Below, piece by piece: positions 9,357 through 17,890 of a stretch of 51,542 nucleotides of DNA. Under the pieces are notes generated by a model. That model was not told the DNA's origin. It saw nothing but the letters and a program-made list of their open reading frames with translations, and ran no database searches. Positions within the stretch are counted from its first letter, which is position 1. Each line of letters opens with the position of its first letter. Origin of the DNA: a virus (lineage: Duplodnaviria > Caudoviricetes); the IMG/VR virus record IMGVR_UViG_3300017908_000107, positions 1 through 51,542 of that record. One strand, 5' to 3'. A program made the translations under genes and the position numbers.

Positions 9357-9614
9357 TTAGTGTTGGTATGCTAGTTTAATTCTTGCAGGTATAACGACGG
9401 TAAAGTTACAAGTATCACAACATTTACCTTCATTGTACTCCTTAACAGGCTCTGGATTATGTCCCCAATCATCTGCGATTTCTCCACCACAGATGACACA
9501 TGGGTCTTTTTCTTTTTTCATAAGATCTTCTAGTTCTATTTTATACCTTTCTCTACTGATGGCAACATGGTCGAAACCTTTACTTTCAATAACGTATTCT
9601 TTATCTTTTGCCAT
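9357..9614 (-). CDS. Small zinc-finger-like hypothetical protein
   Basis: CVICG...GHNPEPV...CCDTCN cysteine pairs. Confidence 0.7.
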   Translation of the reverse strand: MAKDKEYVIESKGFDHVAISRERYKIELEDLMKKEKDPCVICGGEIADDWGHNPEPVKEYNEGKCCDTCNFTVVIPARIKLAYQH

Positions 9615-9904
9615 TAGCAGTATGAGTTAATTTCTTCCATATCCTTTTTAATTTTAGCACATTCATTCGTGAAGTACTCAGACTCAGGATATTTAAAGCC
9701 TAACCAAAGCATGTCGATGTTGATTGGACCTGCTCCACCAATCTCGTTCTCAATGTACTCACAGAACGCGTAGAGCTCGTCTGCTTCGTCGACATATAAA
9801 CTTTCATTTACGTAGTTAAAACCCTCTAGAAAGCTTCCAGTGGTCTTAGCCCCCATCAAAAGGAGGTCTTTATTCCTTGAACTTAGATATTTAATGTTTT
9901 CCAT
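9614..9904 (-). CDS. Hypothetical protein (96 aa), first gene after the early promoter
   Basis: ORF coupled to the next by TAATG overlap; starts 12 nt after the conserved promoter block. Confidence 0.7.
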   Translation of the reverse strand: MENIKYLSSRNKDLLLMGAKTTGSFLEGFNYVNESLYVDEADELYAFCEYIENEIGGAGPINIDMLWLGFKYPESEYFTNECAKIKKDMEEINSYC

Positions 9905-9915
9905 ATATTCCTTTG

Positions 9916-9982
9916 TTTAATTACAGTACTAATATAATAAAAATATCTGACATGTGAAACTTTTTTGGCAATTATTTTGCAA
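9916..9982 (-). promoter_or_regulatory. Putative early (host RNA polymerase) promoter, copy 1
   Basis: 37-bp block 9916-9952 identical to 33287-33323 and 17-bp block 9966-9982 identical to 33337-33353; contains TATATTAG, close to the Bacteroidota -7 box TAnnTTTG. Confidence 0.75.
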
Positions 9983-10016
9983 CTTTTTTGCAAAAGTTAT
10001 TAACAACTCTAATCAA

Positions 10017-10043
10017 GAAACAAAGCTAAATACAGATATATAA
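10017..10043 (+). promoter_or_regulatory. Overlapping middle (GAAAC-N17-TATAA) and late (GATATATA) promoter
   Basis: GAAAC 10017-10021, GATATATA 10035-10042, TATAA 10039-10043. Confidence 0.6.
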
Positions 10044-10072
10044 TATGTATAATAAACAAAAGTACAATTGAT

Positions 10073-10267
10073 ATGTTGATTACAGCGGACTACTTCCGTC
10101 TCAGCGATATTCTCAAACAAATGGTGGAAGCCAACGCAATCACTTCGGAAGAACGTGAGGAGTTGCTACACAAATCAGGGCTGATTAAGCAAGAGAACGG
10201 GACTTGGAAGGAATGTCCAACCGACCCAAGGTCGGGGACCCGTCCAGCTTATTTGACACTAGATTGA
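10073..10267 (+). CDS. Hypothetical protein (64 aa)
   Basis: ORF directly downstream of a promoter motif. Confidence 0.55.
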   Translation: MLITADYFRLSDILKQMVEANAITSEEREELLHKSGLIKQENGTWKECPTDPRSGTRPAYLTLD

Positions 10268-10293
10268 AACTATTGATTATTGTACAACTATAA
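10266..10293 (+). promoter_or_regulatory. Putative middle promoter GAAAC-N18-TATAA for gp32 operon
   Basis: GAAACtattgattattgtacaacTATAA. Confidence 0.6.
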
Positions 10294-10356
10294 GGAACTG
10301 AAAGAACATTAACGTAATTTCGAGTATTAACATTTTATTAAACAATTTTAAGTATT

Positions 10357-11289
10357 ATGAGTGACAATTTTGACATTTTTAACTTAGGCGTAGAAGACGT
10401 AGAAACGCATCAGCCTCAACAGACAACGGTAAACGAAGTCTACAAACCAACTGCCGATGACGGCAAAGACGGAACGTACAAAGCATTAATTAGATTTGTG
10501 CCTAATCCAGAGAATCCAAGAAAATCTTTGATTCAAAAATACGTACACTGGTTGACAAACTCAAACGGTGACGGTAAACTAGTTGACTCTCCACAAACTA
10601 TCGGCGAGCACTGTCCAATTGCAGATGTATTCTGGAAATTGAGAAAGTCTGACTCTGCTGTAGATAGAAAATCTTCAGAAAAACTAAAGAGACGTCAACA
10701 ATACTATTCTCTTATTAAGATTATTAAAGACCCACAGAACCCAGAAATGGAGGGTACTTACAAAGTATTCAAGTTTGGGTATAAGATTAAAGAGAAGATT
10801 GATTCTGAGTTGAAGCCTGATTTTGGTGAGCCAACACAAGTATTCGACCTTTTCGAAGGTAAGAACTTTGAGTTAGTTATCACAAGACAAGGTGAGTATA
10901 ACAACTATGATAAATCTAAATTCTCTTCTAACACATCTGCAATCTTAATGGGTGAAACTCCAGCAGAAAGAAATAAAGAGACGATGGCTTCTATCAAAGA
11001 AGAGTTAGACGCAGCTCCTTCACTTGCAACTTATGACTATAAGGCATGGGATGAAGACACAAGAGCATTCGTGAATAACGTCTTGAGAATGTATCTTAAT
11101 CCAGGTGACTCAATCGCTGAGGTAACTGCAACTCCTGCTTCAAAGCAAGCTCCTGCAAAGGCTGAACCAGCTCCGGCTAAAACAGAACCTGCAGTAGCGG
11201 CAGCAACAGCAACGAAGACAGAAGAGGCTCCAGCGAAAGCTAACACAGATGATGATTTAGATTCGTTCTTGAATGACCTCAACCTCTAA
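10357..11289 (+). CDS. Single-stranded DNA-binding protein, T4 gp32-like
   Basis: ALIRFVP, CPI, KVFKFGYKIKEKI, VFDLFEGKNFEL, YNNYDKSKF, Ala/Pro linker and acidic tail DDDLDSFLNDL. Confidence 0.9.
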   Translation: MSDNFDIFNLGVEDVETHQPQQTTVNEVYKPTADDGKDGTYKALIRFVPNPENPRKSLIQKYVHWLTNSNGDGKLVDSPQTIGEHCPIADVFWKLRKSDSAVDRKSSEKLKRRQQYYSLIKIIKDPQNPEMEGTYKVFKFGYKIKEKIDSELKPDFGEPTQVFDLFEGKNFELVITRQGEYNNYDKSKFSSNTSAILMGETPAERNKETMASIKEELDAAPSLATYDYKAWDEDTRAFVNNVLRMYLNPGDSIAEVTATPASKQAPAKAEPAPAKTEPAVAAATATKTEEAPAKANTDDDLDSFLNDLNL

Positions 11290-12352
11290 GAATATACAAT
11301 TAACAGAGGAGCTTAAGACTAGAATAAAAGGTGCACTAAAACAAGTATGTGTAGAACACCATTCTAATCCTAACAAGCAACTACTTAAAGACATGCCGGG
11401 GCGTATAACCCTGGCGTGTCCTTATTGTGGTGATTCCAGTACAGATGACACTAAGAAACGTGGCAATCTCTATTGGGACACTCTGCAGTATCACTGCTAT
11501 AACTGTTCTCATCACACTAATCTACACACATTCTTAAAAGACCATCAAGTTAGAATGCCTAACTCTGGTGACTCTTTTACTATTATTGACTATATTAAAG
11601 AGAACAAACAACAAGTTAGTCAAGAACAAGTATTACAGAATGCAAGTCTTGCAAGCGTCCAAGAACTTGCTTTAACAGTAGATGAATTTAAAACTATATT
11701 CGGCGCTAAAGAAATTGAACCGGGCGATTGGATCTGGTTCCAACTTAAAGATAGATTGTTACATAAGAAAGCTAATGAATTCTTATTCTCCCCTAAAGGC
11801 AATAGGCTTTGGATATTAAATAAGGGAATTGATAATAAAATCATCGGCGCACAATCTAGAAGAATGAAAGGCTATGGGTCAAGATATTTGACTTATGACC
11901 TACCTAAACTTTATGAAGAGTGGAAGAAACCTCTAGAGTTAGCTCCGGAAGAATTAACAAAACTTGCAAAAGCATCAACTCTATTTGGTATTATGCAAGT
12001 TAATTTCCAACAACCAGTAACTCTATTCGAGGGACCACTTGACGCTAAGTTTATGCATAACTCATTAGCATTAGCTACTGCCGGCCGAAGTACAGATGAG
12101 TTTGATGAAATGGCAACTGTCAGATATATGTTTGACAACGATGCTACAGGTAAAAAGAAAATGGCAGAGAAATTAAAGAAAGGTAGACCAGTGTTTATGT
12201 GGACTAAATTTCTAGAAGATTTTAAGCTAGATACATATAACATCAAAGATTTAAACGATTTGATGAAAGTGTGTTTCCAGCAAAAATCTGACGCATGGAA
12301 ACAAATTGAAAACTATTTTACATCAAGCGCATTAGATCTATGGTATGTTTAA
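11273..12352 (+). CDS. DNA primase, T4 gp61-like
   Basis: Zn finger CPYCGDS...YHCYNC; TOPRIM motifs LFEGPLDA, MFDND, IKDLND. Confidence 0.9.
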   Translation: MTSTSKNIQLTEELKTRIKGALKQVCVEHHSNPNKQLLKDMPGRITLACPYCGDSSTDDTKKRGNLYWDTLQYHCYNCSHHTNLHTFLKDHQVRMPNSGDSFTIIDYIKENKQQVSQEQVLQNASLASVQELALTVDEFKTIFGAKEIEPGDWIWFQLKDRLLHKKANEFLFSPKGNRLWILNKGIDNKIIGAQSRRMKGYGSRYLTYDLPKLYEEWKKPLELAPEELTKLAKASTLFGIMQVNFQQPVTLFEGPLDAKFMHNSLALATAGRSTDEFDEMATVRYMFDNDATGKKKMAEKLKKGRPVFMWTKFLEDFKLDTYNIKDLNDLMKVCFQQKSDAWKQIENYFTSSALDLWYV

Positions 12353-12555
12353 CAGATATGGAAGATAAATTAGAAGATTTTTTTAAGAGATCTGATGGGT
12401 TTAAGCATCATAAGCTAATTGTAGACTTTGATGCAGAAGATTTTGAGGATAACGTTCAGACTGGCAAGTTTGTTGTGGAGAAACCTAAACTTAAGAAAGG
12501 CCAAAAAGCCGCTAAGTTTGTGAAGAATAATCCAAACAAAAAGTCACTGTTCTAA
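12340..12555 (+). CDS. Hypothetical protein (71 aa)
   Basis: ORF fills the gap between primase and UvsY-like gene. Confidence 0.55.
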   Translation: MVCLTDMEDKLEDFFKRSDGFKHHKLIVDFDAEDFEDNVQTGKFVVEKPKLKKGQKAAKFVKNNPNKKSLF

Positions 12556-12565
12556 TATAAGTAAT

Positions 12566-12988
12566 ATGAGTAAAGAAAAGATTCAGCAGTTAGACCAAAA
12601 GCTAAGTGCACAAAGACAAGAATGGTCTGATACAATTAGAGCATTGGCAAAAGGTCTGAAAAGAGTTGATGGTATGGAAGAGGTAATTGCTAACGTTCTG
12701 TCTACAAGACAGACAATAGTAGACCAGATTGCATATCTCAATGTAAAAATTAAAGAACAAAAGACAGTGGTGTCTGGCCGATACAGAGAGGCATACATCA
12801 GATACTATAACTATGACTATAAACTAGGTGAGAAACAAAAAGAAAAGTTTCTTGAAAATGATTTAGCTGATGAGAACATGATTCTATCACATTTAGAAAA
12901 TCAACTAGAATTTTATAGAGATTCTGTAAAGACCCTAGATAATATGGGCTTTGCTATCAGAAATAGGCTGTCTTTGAACGGACTATAA
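12566..12988 (+). CDS. uvsY: Recombination mediator, UvsY-like
   Basis: 140-aa helical protein with IRYY and C-terminal LDNMGFAIRN pattern, immediately upstream of UvsW as in T4-like phages. Confidence 0.6.
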   Translation: MSKEKIQQLDQKLSAQRQEWSDTIRALAKGLKRVDGMEEVIANVLSTRQTIVDQIAYLNVKIKEQKTVVSGRYREAYIRYYNYDYKLGEKQKEKFLENDLADENMILSHLENQLEFYRDSVKTLDNMGFAIRNRLSLNGL

Positions 12989-14497
12989 ATGGAACTTACT
13001 CTTACAGATAATAAGCAGTTTCTGCGTATAGACGAGGCTAGTGAGCTAGAGATAGAACAGCTCAACATTACCTTTAATCGTAGAATTGAAAACTGGAGAT
13101 TCCACCCTCTTGTGAAGAAAGGGTTATGGGATGGCTATATCTCATACATTAAAGATGACAAGTGGATTCCATCTGGTCTTTGGAAAGACGTTATGGATCT
13201 GGCTAAAGAATACAAGTTCGAACTAAAATTAAATGGTGTAACTTCTATTTTCGATAGAGGTATTAAGCAAGAAGAATTTGAAGAGTGGGCACTTAAGTAT
13301 TTTGAAGGCGGTGATATTACTCCAAGAGACTATCAAATCGATGCTGCTTTTAATATCTTAAAATTCAGAAGATGTCTAAGTGAATTGGCTACATCAGCAG
13401 GTAAGACTCTCATCTCATTCATGGCAGTGGCATATATGTTAGAGAAAGCAAAAGCAGGTAGAATCTTGTTTATTGTACCTAATGTATCTCTAGTCGTACA
13501 GGCATCTGAAGATTTCATGGACTACAATTGGCGAAATCAAACCAACATTAAAATACAACAGATCTATTCTGGTCAAAAAATTAGACCAGGTAGAAATGTA
13601 GTAATAGGTACATATCAATCCCTAGTTAAGAAAGACAAAGAGTACTTTGAGCAGTTTGATGCTGTAATTATTGACGAGACTCATAAAGCAAAATCTCAAT
13701 CAATTAAAACAATTTTACAAAAATGTACAGCTGCCAACTATAGATTTGGTCTTTCTGGGACAATTCCAAAACCAAAAACGTTAGATAGATTAACGTTAAT
13801 GGCACACACAGGTCCTGTAGTAACTGACATTAATGCAAATTTCCTACAACAGGAAGGACACATTGCTGGTTGTAATGTGAAAGTAATTAAGATGGATTAT
13901 GCACCAGAAGCAACAAAGAATGCTTTTAGAGAAATGTCGCAAAACAGGTATGAAAGCAAAGACGTATATAAGTTCGAGAGTAACTACGTCATCAATTCAA
14001 CAGGTCGCTTGGCTTTCATTTGTAACATTATTTCCAGAGTACGTGGGAATAGCCTTGTTCTTTTCCACAGAATCGAACATGGTAAAAGAATCTATGAAAA
14101 GCTCAGACAAGAATCTGACAAACCGGTTTACTATGTGGATGGTAATACCGATAAAGATATTAGAGAAGAGTACAAAAAGAAGATGGAAGCAGGTGCGCAA
14201 GTAGTAATTGTCGCCTCTTACGGTACATTCTCTACAGGTATTTCTATTAAGAAAATACATAACATCTTCTTTACCGAATCATTCAAATCAGAAGTAATTA
14301 TTAGACAATCGATTGGTCGTGGTTTAAGAAAACACCACACTAAGTCTGAGGTAAATATCATTGACTTTGTAGATGATTTATCCTCACCAGATTGGGATAA
14401 CTATCTAATCAGACACTCTAAAGCTAGACAGAAGATCTATAGAGAGCAGAAGTTCCCGTTTGAGATAAAAAATGTTACTTTTGACGGTGATATATAA
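12989..14497 (+). CDS. uvsW: SF2 DNA helicase, UvsW-like
   Basis: WDGYI, PRDYQ, ATSAGKT, DETH, GLSGT, STGISIK, QSIGRGLR. Confidence 0.92.
   Translation: MELTLTDNKQFLRIDEASELEIEQLNITFNRRIENWRFHPLVKKGLWDGYISYIKDDKWIPSGLWKDVMDLAKEYKFELKLNGVTSIFDRGIKQEEFEEWALKYFEGGDITPRDYQIDAAFNILKFRRCLSELATSAGKTLISFMAVAYMLEKAKAGRILFIVPNVSLVVQASEDFMDYNWRNQTNIKIQQIYSGQKIRPGRNVVIGTYQSLVKKDKEYFEQFDAVIIDETHKAKSQSIKTILQKCTAANYRFGLSGTIPKPKTLDRLTLMAHTGPVVTDINANFLQQEGHIAGCNVKVIKMDYAPEATKNAFREMSQNRYESKDVYKFESNYVINSTGRLAFICNIISRVRGNSLVLFHRIEHGKRIYEKLRQESDKPVYYVDGNTDKDIREEYKKKMEAGAQVVIVASYGTFSTGISIKKIHNIFFTESFKSEVIIRQSIGRGLRKHHTKSEVNIIDFVDDLSSPDWDNYLIRHSKARQKIYREQKFPFEIKNVTFDGDI
14489..14496 (+). promoter_or_regulatory. 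Putative late promoter (GATATATA) for internal-protein cluster
   Basis: Octamer overlapping the uvsW stop, 36 nt upstream of ATG 14533. Confidence 0.6.
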
Positions 14498-14532
14498 TAC
14501 AATAGTAAAGTATTAAAAACAAATTTATTAAA

Positions 14533-16590
14533 ATGGGTTCATTAAAACTACAATCTTTTGAAGATTTCACAACAGCTAGTGCAAAAGCCGCTGCTCTGAA
14601 ATTAGAGGAAGAACAAAGCGCTGCAAGAAATCAAGCAGCATATCAATTTAAAACATTATTAGCCGAATTTGGTGTAACTTCTATAAAAGACCTAAACGAA
14701 GAAGAGAGAAACTCTTTCTACAGAAAATTAGGTGCTTCAGAAGTTAGCGAGTCGATTGCTATTATCGAAGAAGGTACACGTTCTCAAATCGGTATTATTA
14801 ACAAGAGGGGTAAGATCGAATCAGTGTATATGCACTATGATGGCTATCCAGACCACATGTTACCTACAATCAAGAAAGGTTACATGAATTCGGGAGCTGT
14901 AAAGGGATTACTTAAGAAAGGTGGCGGTTCATTCCTAGAAGCAGATCCTAGTAAGATTAATTTCTACGGAGACAAGGTTACAATGAAAGGTGATGCAAAG
15001 AATGTCGCAAAGTATATCAAAAATGCTGAGTATGACGGTGGTGCAGAATATGTCTACCTATATGACGAAAGAGACGGCAAATGGTATATGGCAGATACTT
15101 ATGATGAGCCAAGAGAATTAAAACCAGCTTTCGAACACCTTGTAATTAACGAAAAATTCGTACCATCTAAAGGTAATGTAAAAGATGCAAAGAAAGTTGC
15201 TAGAACTTTAGAAGGTATTATGATGGAAGGTTCTGCTTTAACTGCAGATGAAGCTACACACTTAGGTGCAATCAAGTATTTACTTATGAATGCACTAGAA
15301 GACGCAAATTTCCATTCTTACATTGAACCCGTAGGAAAAGCGTTAGGTGGTAAGATTAGAACTGTGATGATTAAAGTAGATAATCTAGGAGGTATGGAAC
15401 TTCCAGTAGGTGCTAAGACAATCAAAAGATTCTTAGATGAAAACTATGTCAAATTATCTAGCGCAGCTGGATGGTCGGGTATTGGTATCGTTGAGGGTAT
15501 TGCACTTTACTTAGATGGATGGGGATTAAGCAAACATGCTCAGAAAATCGTAGATGCTTTCAACTTAATTTATCAAAACGAATCAGTAGTTACTGAAGGT
15601 AACGCATTCCTTGCAGCAAGAGCTAAAGCAATGGAAGAAGGTGCTGAAGAATTTGAATTCAACGGTAAAACATTTACTCTAGCTAAAGAAGATGTAAATG
15701 AAAACTTAAAGTCAGATATTAAAACATATCAAAGACAAAGAAAATTAGGGTATAACGATCAGTTTCACGGAGACCAGTCTCTGGCTTATACACTTTCTTT
15801 AGATTTAGGTATGGACCCAAAGAATGAATTTGGAGGTGGTGATTGGTTAGGTTTTGACCATGTAGATTTATATGTTAACGGCGGTAAAAAAGAAGGAACT
15901 ATTCTGGATGGCGCATTAACTGGTAAATACACTTATGATGACCTGAAATCAGCGGCTGCTAAATTCTTAGGTATTAGAGAATCAGTTAACGAAGGAGATA
16001 TTGCTAAAGTTTCTAAGAAAGAGATTATGTTCCACTTAGATCAATTTGAAAAAGGTAAGATCGAAGCTGAAGATTTAAGACAAGCTATGGAAGAAATTCT
16101 AGGAGAAGGAAATGCATTCGGTGCTGCAAGAGCAGAGGCTATCGCTAAAGGTGATGATAAATTCAAAGTTGGCGATGAGGAATATGATGTCGAAGGTGTA
16201 GATGCAGATGACAAAGAGAACGCAAAAGAATATGCCGAAGAAGAAGGTATTGAAGTTAAAGAGGAAGAAGTAACTGAAGACGAAATCGAAATCAAAGTAG
16301 ACGGAGATTATGAAATCGAAGTTGAAAAAGAAGATGACGAGGAAGAAGGTGAAGAAGCTCCAGCTGAAGAAGAAGGTGAAGAGGAAGAAGTTGCTGAAGA
16401 AGGAGTAACTAACGAGGCTGAAGTAAAATCAGACGAAGACTTCAAAGAGTATGCATTCGCAATTTTAGGAAAAGCATTCGGTGATAAATTCGACGAAGAA
16501 AAAGCTCAAGAAGTAGTAGACGGTTTATTAGACAAACACGGCGATGACTATGGTGCAGCAGTTGGCGCATTACAATCATCACTAGGATAA
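14533..16590 (+). CDS. Multi-module acidic internal head protein, probably processed by the prohead protease
   Basis: N-terminal LQSFEDF; modules separated by IEE/INE/VTE/VNE; GTRSQIG...YMHYDGYP domain; two EGNAF..AR repeats; Glu-rich tail. Confidence 0.6.
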   Translation: MGSLKLQSFEDFTTASAKAAALKLEEEQSAARNQAAYQFKTLLAEFGVTSIKDLNEEERNSFYRKLGASEVSESIAIIEEGTRSQIGIINKRGKIESVYMHYDGYPDHMLPTIKKGYMNSGAVKGLLKKGGGSFLEADPSKINFYGDKVTMKGDAKNVAKYIKNAEYDGGAEYVYLYDERDGKWYMADTYDEPRELKPAFEHLVINEKFVPSKGNVKDAKKVARTLEGIMMEGSALTADEATHLGAIKYLLMNALEDANFHSYIEPVGKALGGKIRTVMIKVDNLGGMELPVGAKTIKRFLDENYVKLSSAAGWSGIGIVEGIALYLDGWGLSKHAQKIVDAFNLIYQNESVVTEGNAFLAARAKAMEEGAEEFEFNGKTFTLAKEDVNENLKSDIKTYQRQRKLGYNDQFHGDQSLAYTLSLDLGMDPKNEFGGGDWLGFDHVDLYVNGGKKEGTILDGALTGKYTYDDLKSAAAKFLGIRESVNEGDIAKVSKKEIMFHLDQFEKGKIEAEDLRQAMEEILGEGNAFGAARAEAIAKGDDKFKVGDEEYDVEGVDADDKENAKEYAEEEGIEVKEEEVTEDEIEIKVDGDYEIEVEKEDDEEEGEEAPAEEEGEEEEVAEEGVTNEAEVKSDEDFKEYAFAILGKAFGDKFDEEKAQEVVDGLLDKHGDDYGAAVGALQSSLG

Positions 16591-16609
16591 AAACAGTTTA
16601 AAACTTCTC

Positions 16610-17881
16610 ATGAAGATATACTATAACTTTACAGATTTCATAAACGAAAAGCTCCAGGTAGACAACTTGGAGAATTTCGTATTTGAGGGTGGGGCCGCTG
16701 GCCACATGATGCACCCATTCGATGACCACTCACTTACATTTGCTGACTTTAAGAGAATTGTGAACTCTGCTTTACAGGGAGGTCTTGATTTTGAAGAGGC
16801 TCCAACTGAAAAGACAGATGGTCAGAATGTATTCGCAACTGTAAAGGATGGTAAGACTATGTTTGCCAGAAACAAAGGGCAACTAGCTAATCCACTCGAC
16901 CTAAATGGTATTATTAAGATGTTCACTGGCCACGCTTCAAAGCTGGTTGAAGAAACATTCATCTTTGCTGCTAAAGATCTAGCAGAAGCGCTCCCAAAGC
17001 TTAAGGACCAATCTGTATTCCAAGACGGTAAGTCTTTTATCAATATGGAGTTAATTTACTCTAAAAACCCTAATGTAATTTATTATGACAGAGATGTTAT
17101 TCAATTCCACGGCATGAAAGTTACTGATGGCGAGGGTAATATCATAGGTGAAGAGAATATCGCAGCAGAAATAGTAAAAGCACTCAGAGAGTTAAAAGCT
17201 GATATTGGTAAAACATTTACAATAATTCCCCCTCAAATTTTGAAGTTAGCAAAAGATATTAACTTTGATGAGAGAGTCGGCTATTATGAAAAAGCGATAA
17301 ATAAATTAAGAGATACTTATGGTTTATCAGATCAAGATGAAGTCAAAATGTATCACGAGGCTTGGTGGAGAAACCAAATCGAAGAGAACTTTGCAGATTT
17401 AGACCCAGCATTAAAAGAAGGACTTCTATTAAGATGGGCATATCTAGACAAGAAGACTCTAAATATGAGAGACTTAAAGAAGGCAGTTACTCCAGAACAA
17501 GCAAAAGCCGTCAAAGATTTTGATGGTCAAAGAAACAAGAAGTATAAAGAAAACATTCTACCTTTTGAAAACTTATTTTTAGAACTAGGTGCAGATGTTT
17601 TAAAGAACGTTTCTAATTTTGTTGCTGCTAATCCAGAAGCTGAGAAAGCAAGATTACATAAGCAAATCAGATCTGAAGCTGATAAAGTTAAAAAGAACGG
17701 CGACCTAAAACAAATTGAGAAGGTAGAAAAAGAATTAAAAAGACTAGAAGGTATTGGTGGTATTGAATCAATTATCCCAACAGAAGGCTTAGTCTTTAAG
17801 TATAATGGTAAAACATTCAAGTTAACTGGTACTTTTGCCGCTATTAATCAGTTAATGGGTATTATTAAATACGGTAGATAA
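16610..17881 (+). CDS. Ligase-fold covalent nucleotidyltransferase (RNA ligase-like)
   Basis: Motif I TEKTDGQN, Ia FARNK, III NMEL, IV EGLVF, V FKLTG; N-terminus YNFTDFINE. Confidence 0.65.
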   Translation: MKIYYNFTDFINEKLQVDNLENFVFEGGAAGHMMHPFDDHSLTFADFKRIVNSALQGGLDFEEAPTEKTDGQNVFATVKDGKTMFARNKGQLANPLDLNGIIKMFTGHASKLVEETFIFAAKDLAEALPKLKDQSVFQDGKSFINMELIYSKNPNVIYYDRDVIQFHGMKVTDGEGNIIGEENIAAEIVKALRELKADIGKTFTIIPPQILKLAKDINFDERVGYYEKAINKLRDTYGLSDQDEVKMYHEAWWRNQIEENFADLDPALKEGLLLRWAYLDKKTLNMRDLKKAVTPEQAKAVKDFDGQRNKKYKENILPFENLFLELGADVLKNVSNFVAANPEAEKARLHKQIRSEADKVKKNGDLKQIEKVEKELKRLEGIGGIESIIPTEGLVFKYNGKTFKLTGTFAAINQLMGIIKYGR

Positions 17882-17890
17882 TAAAAGACT

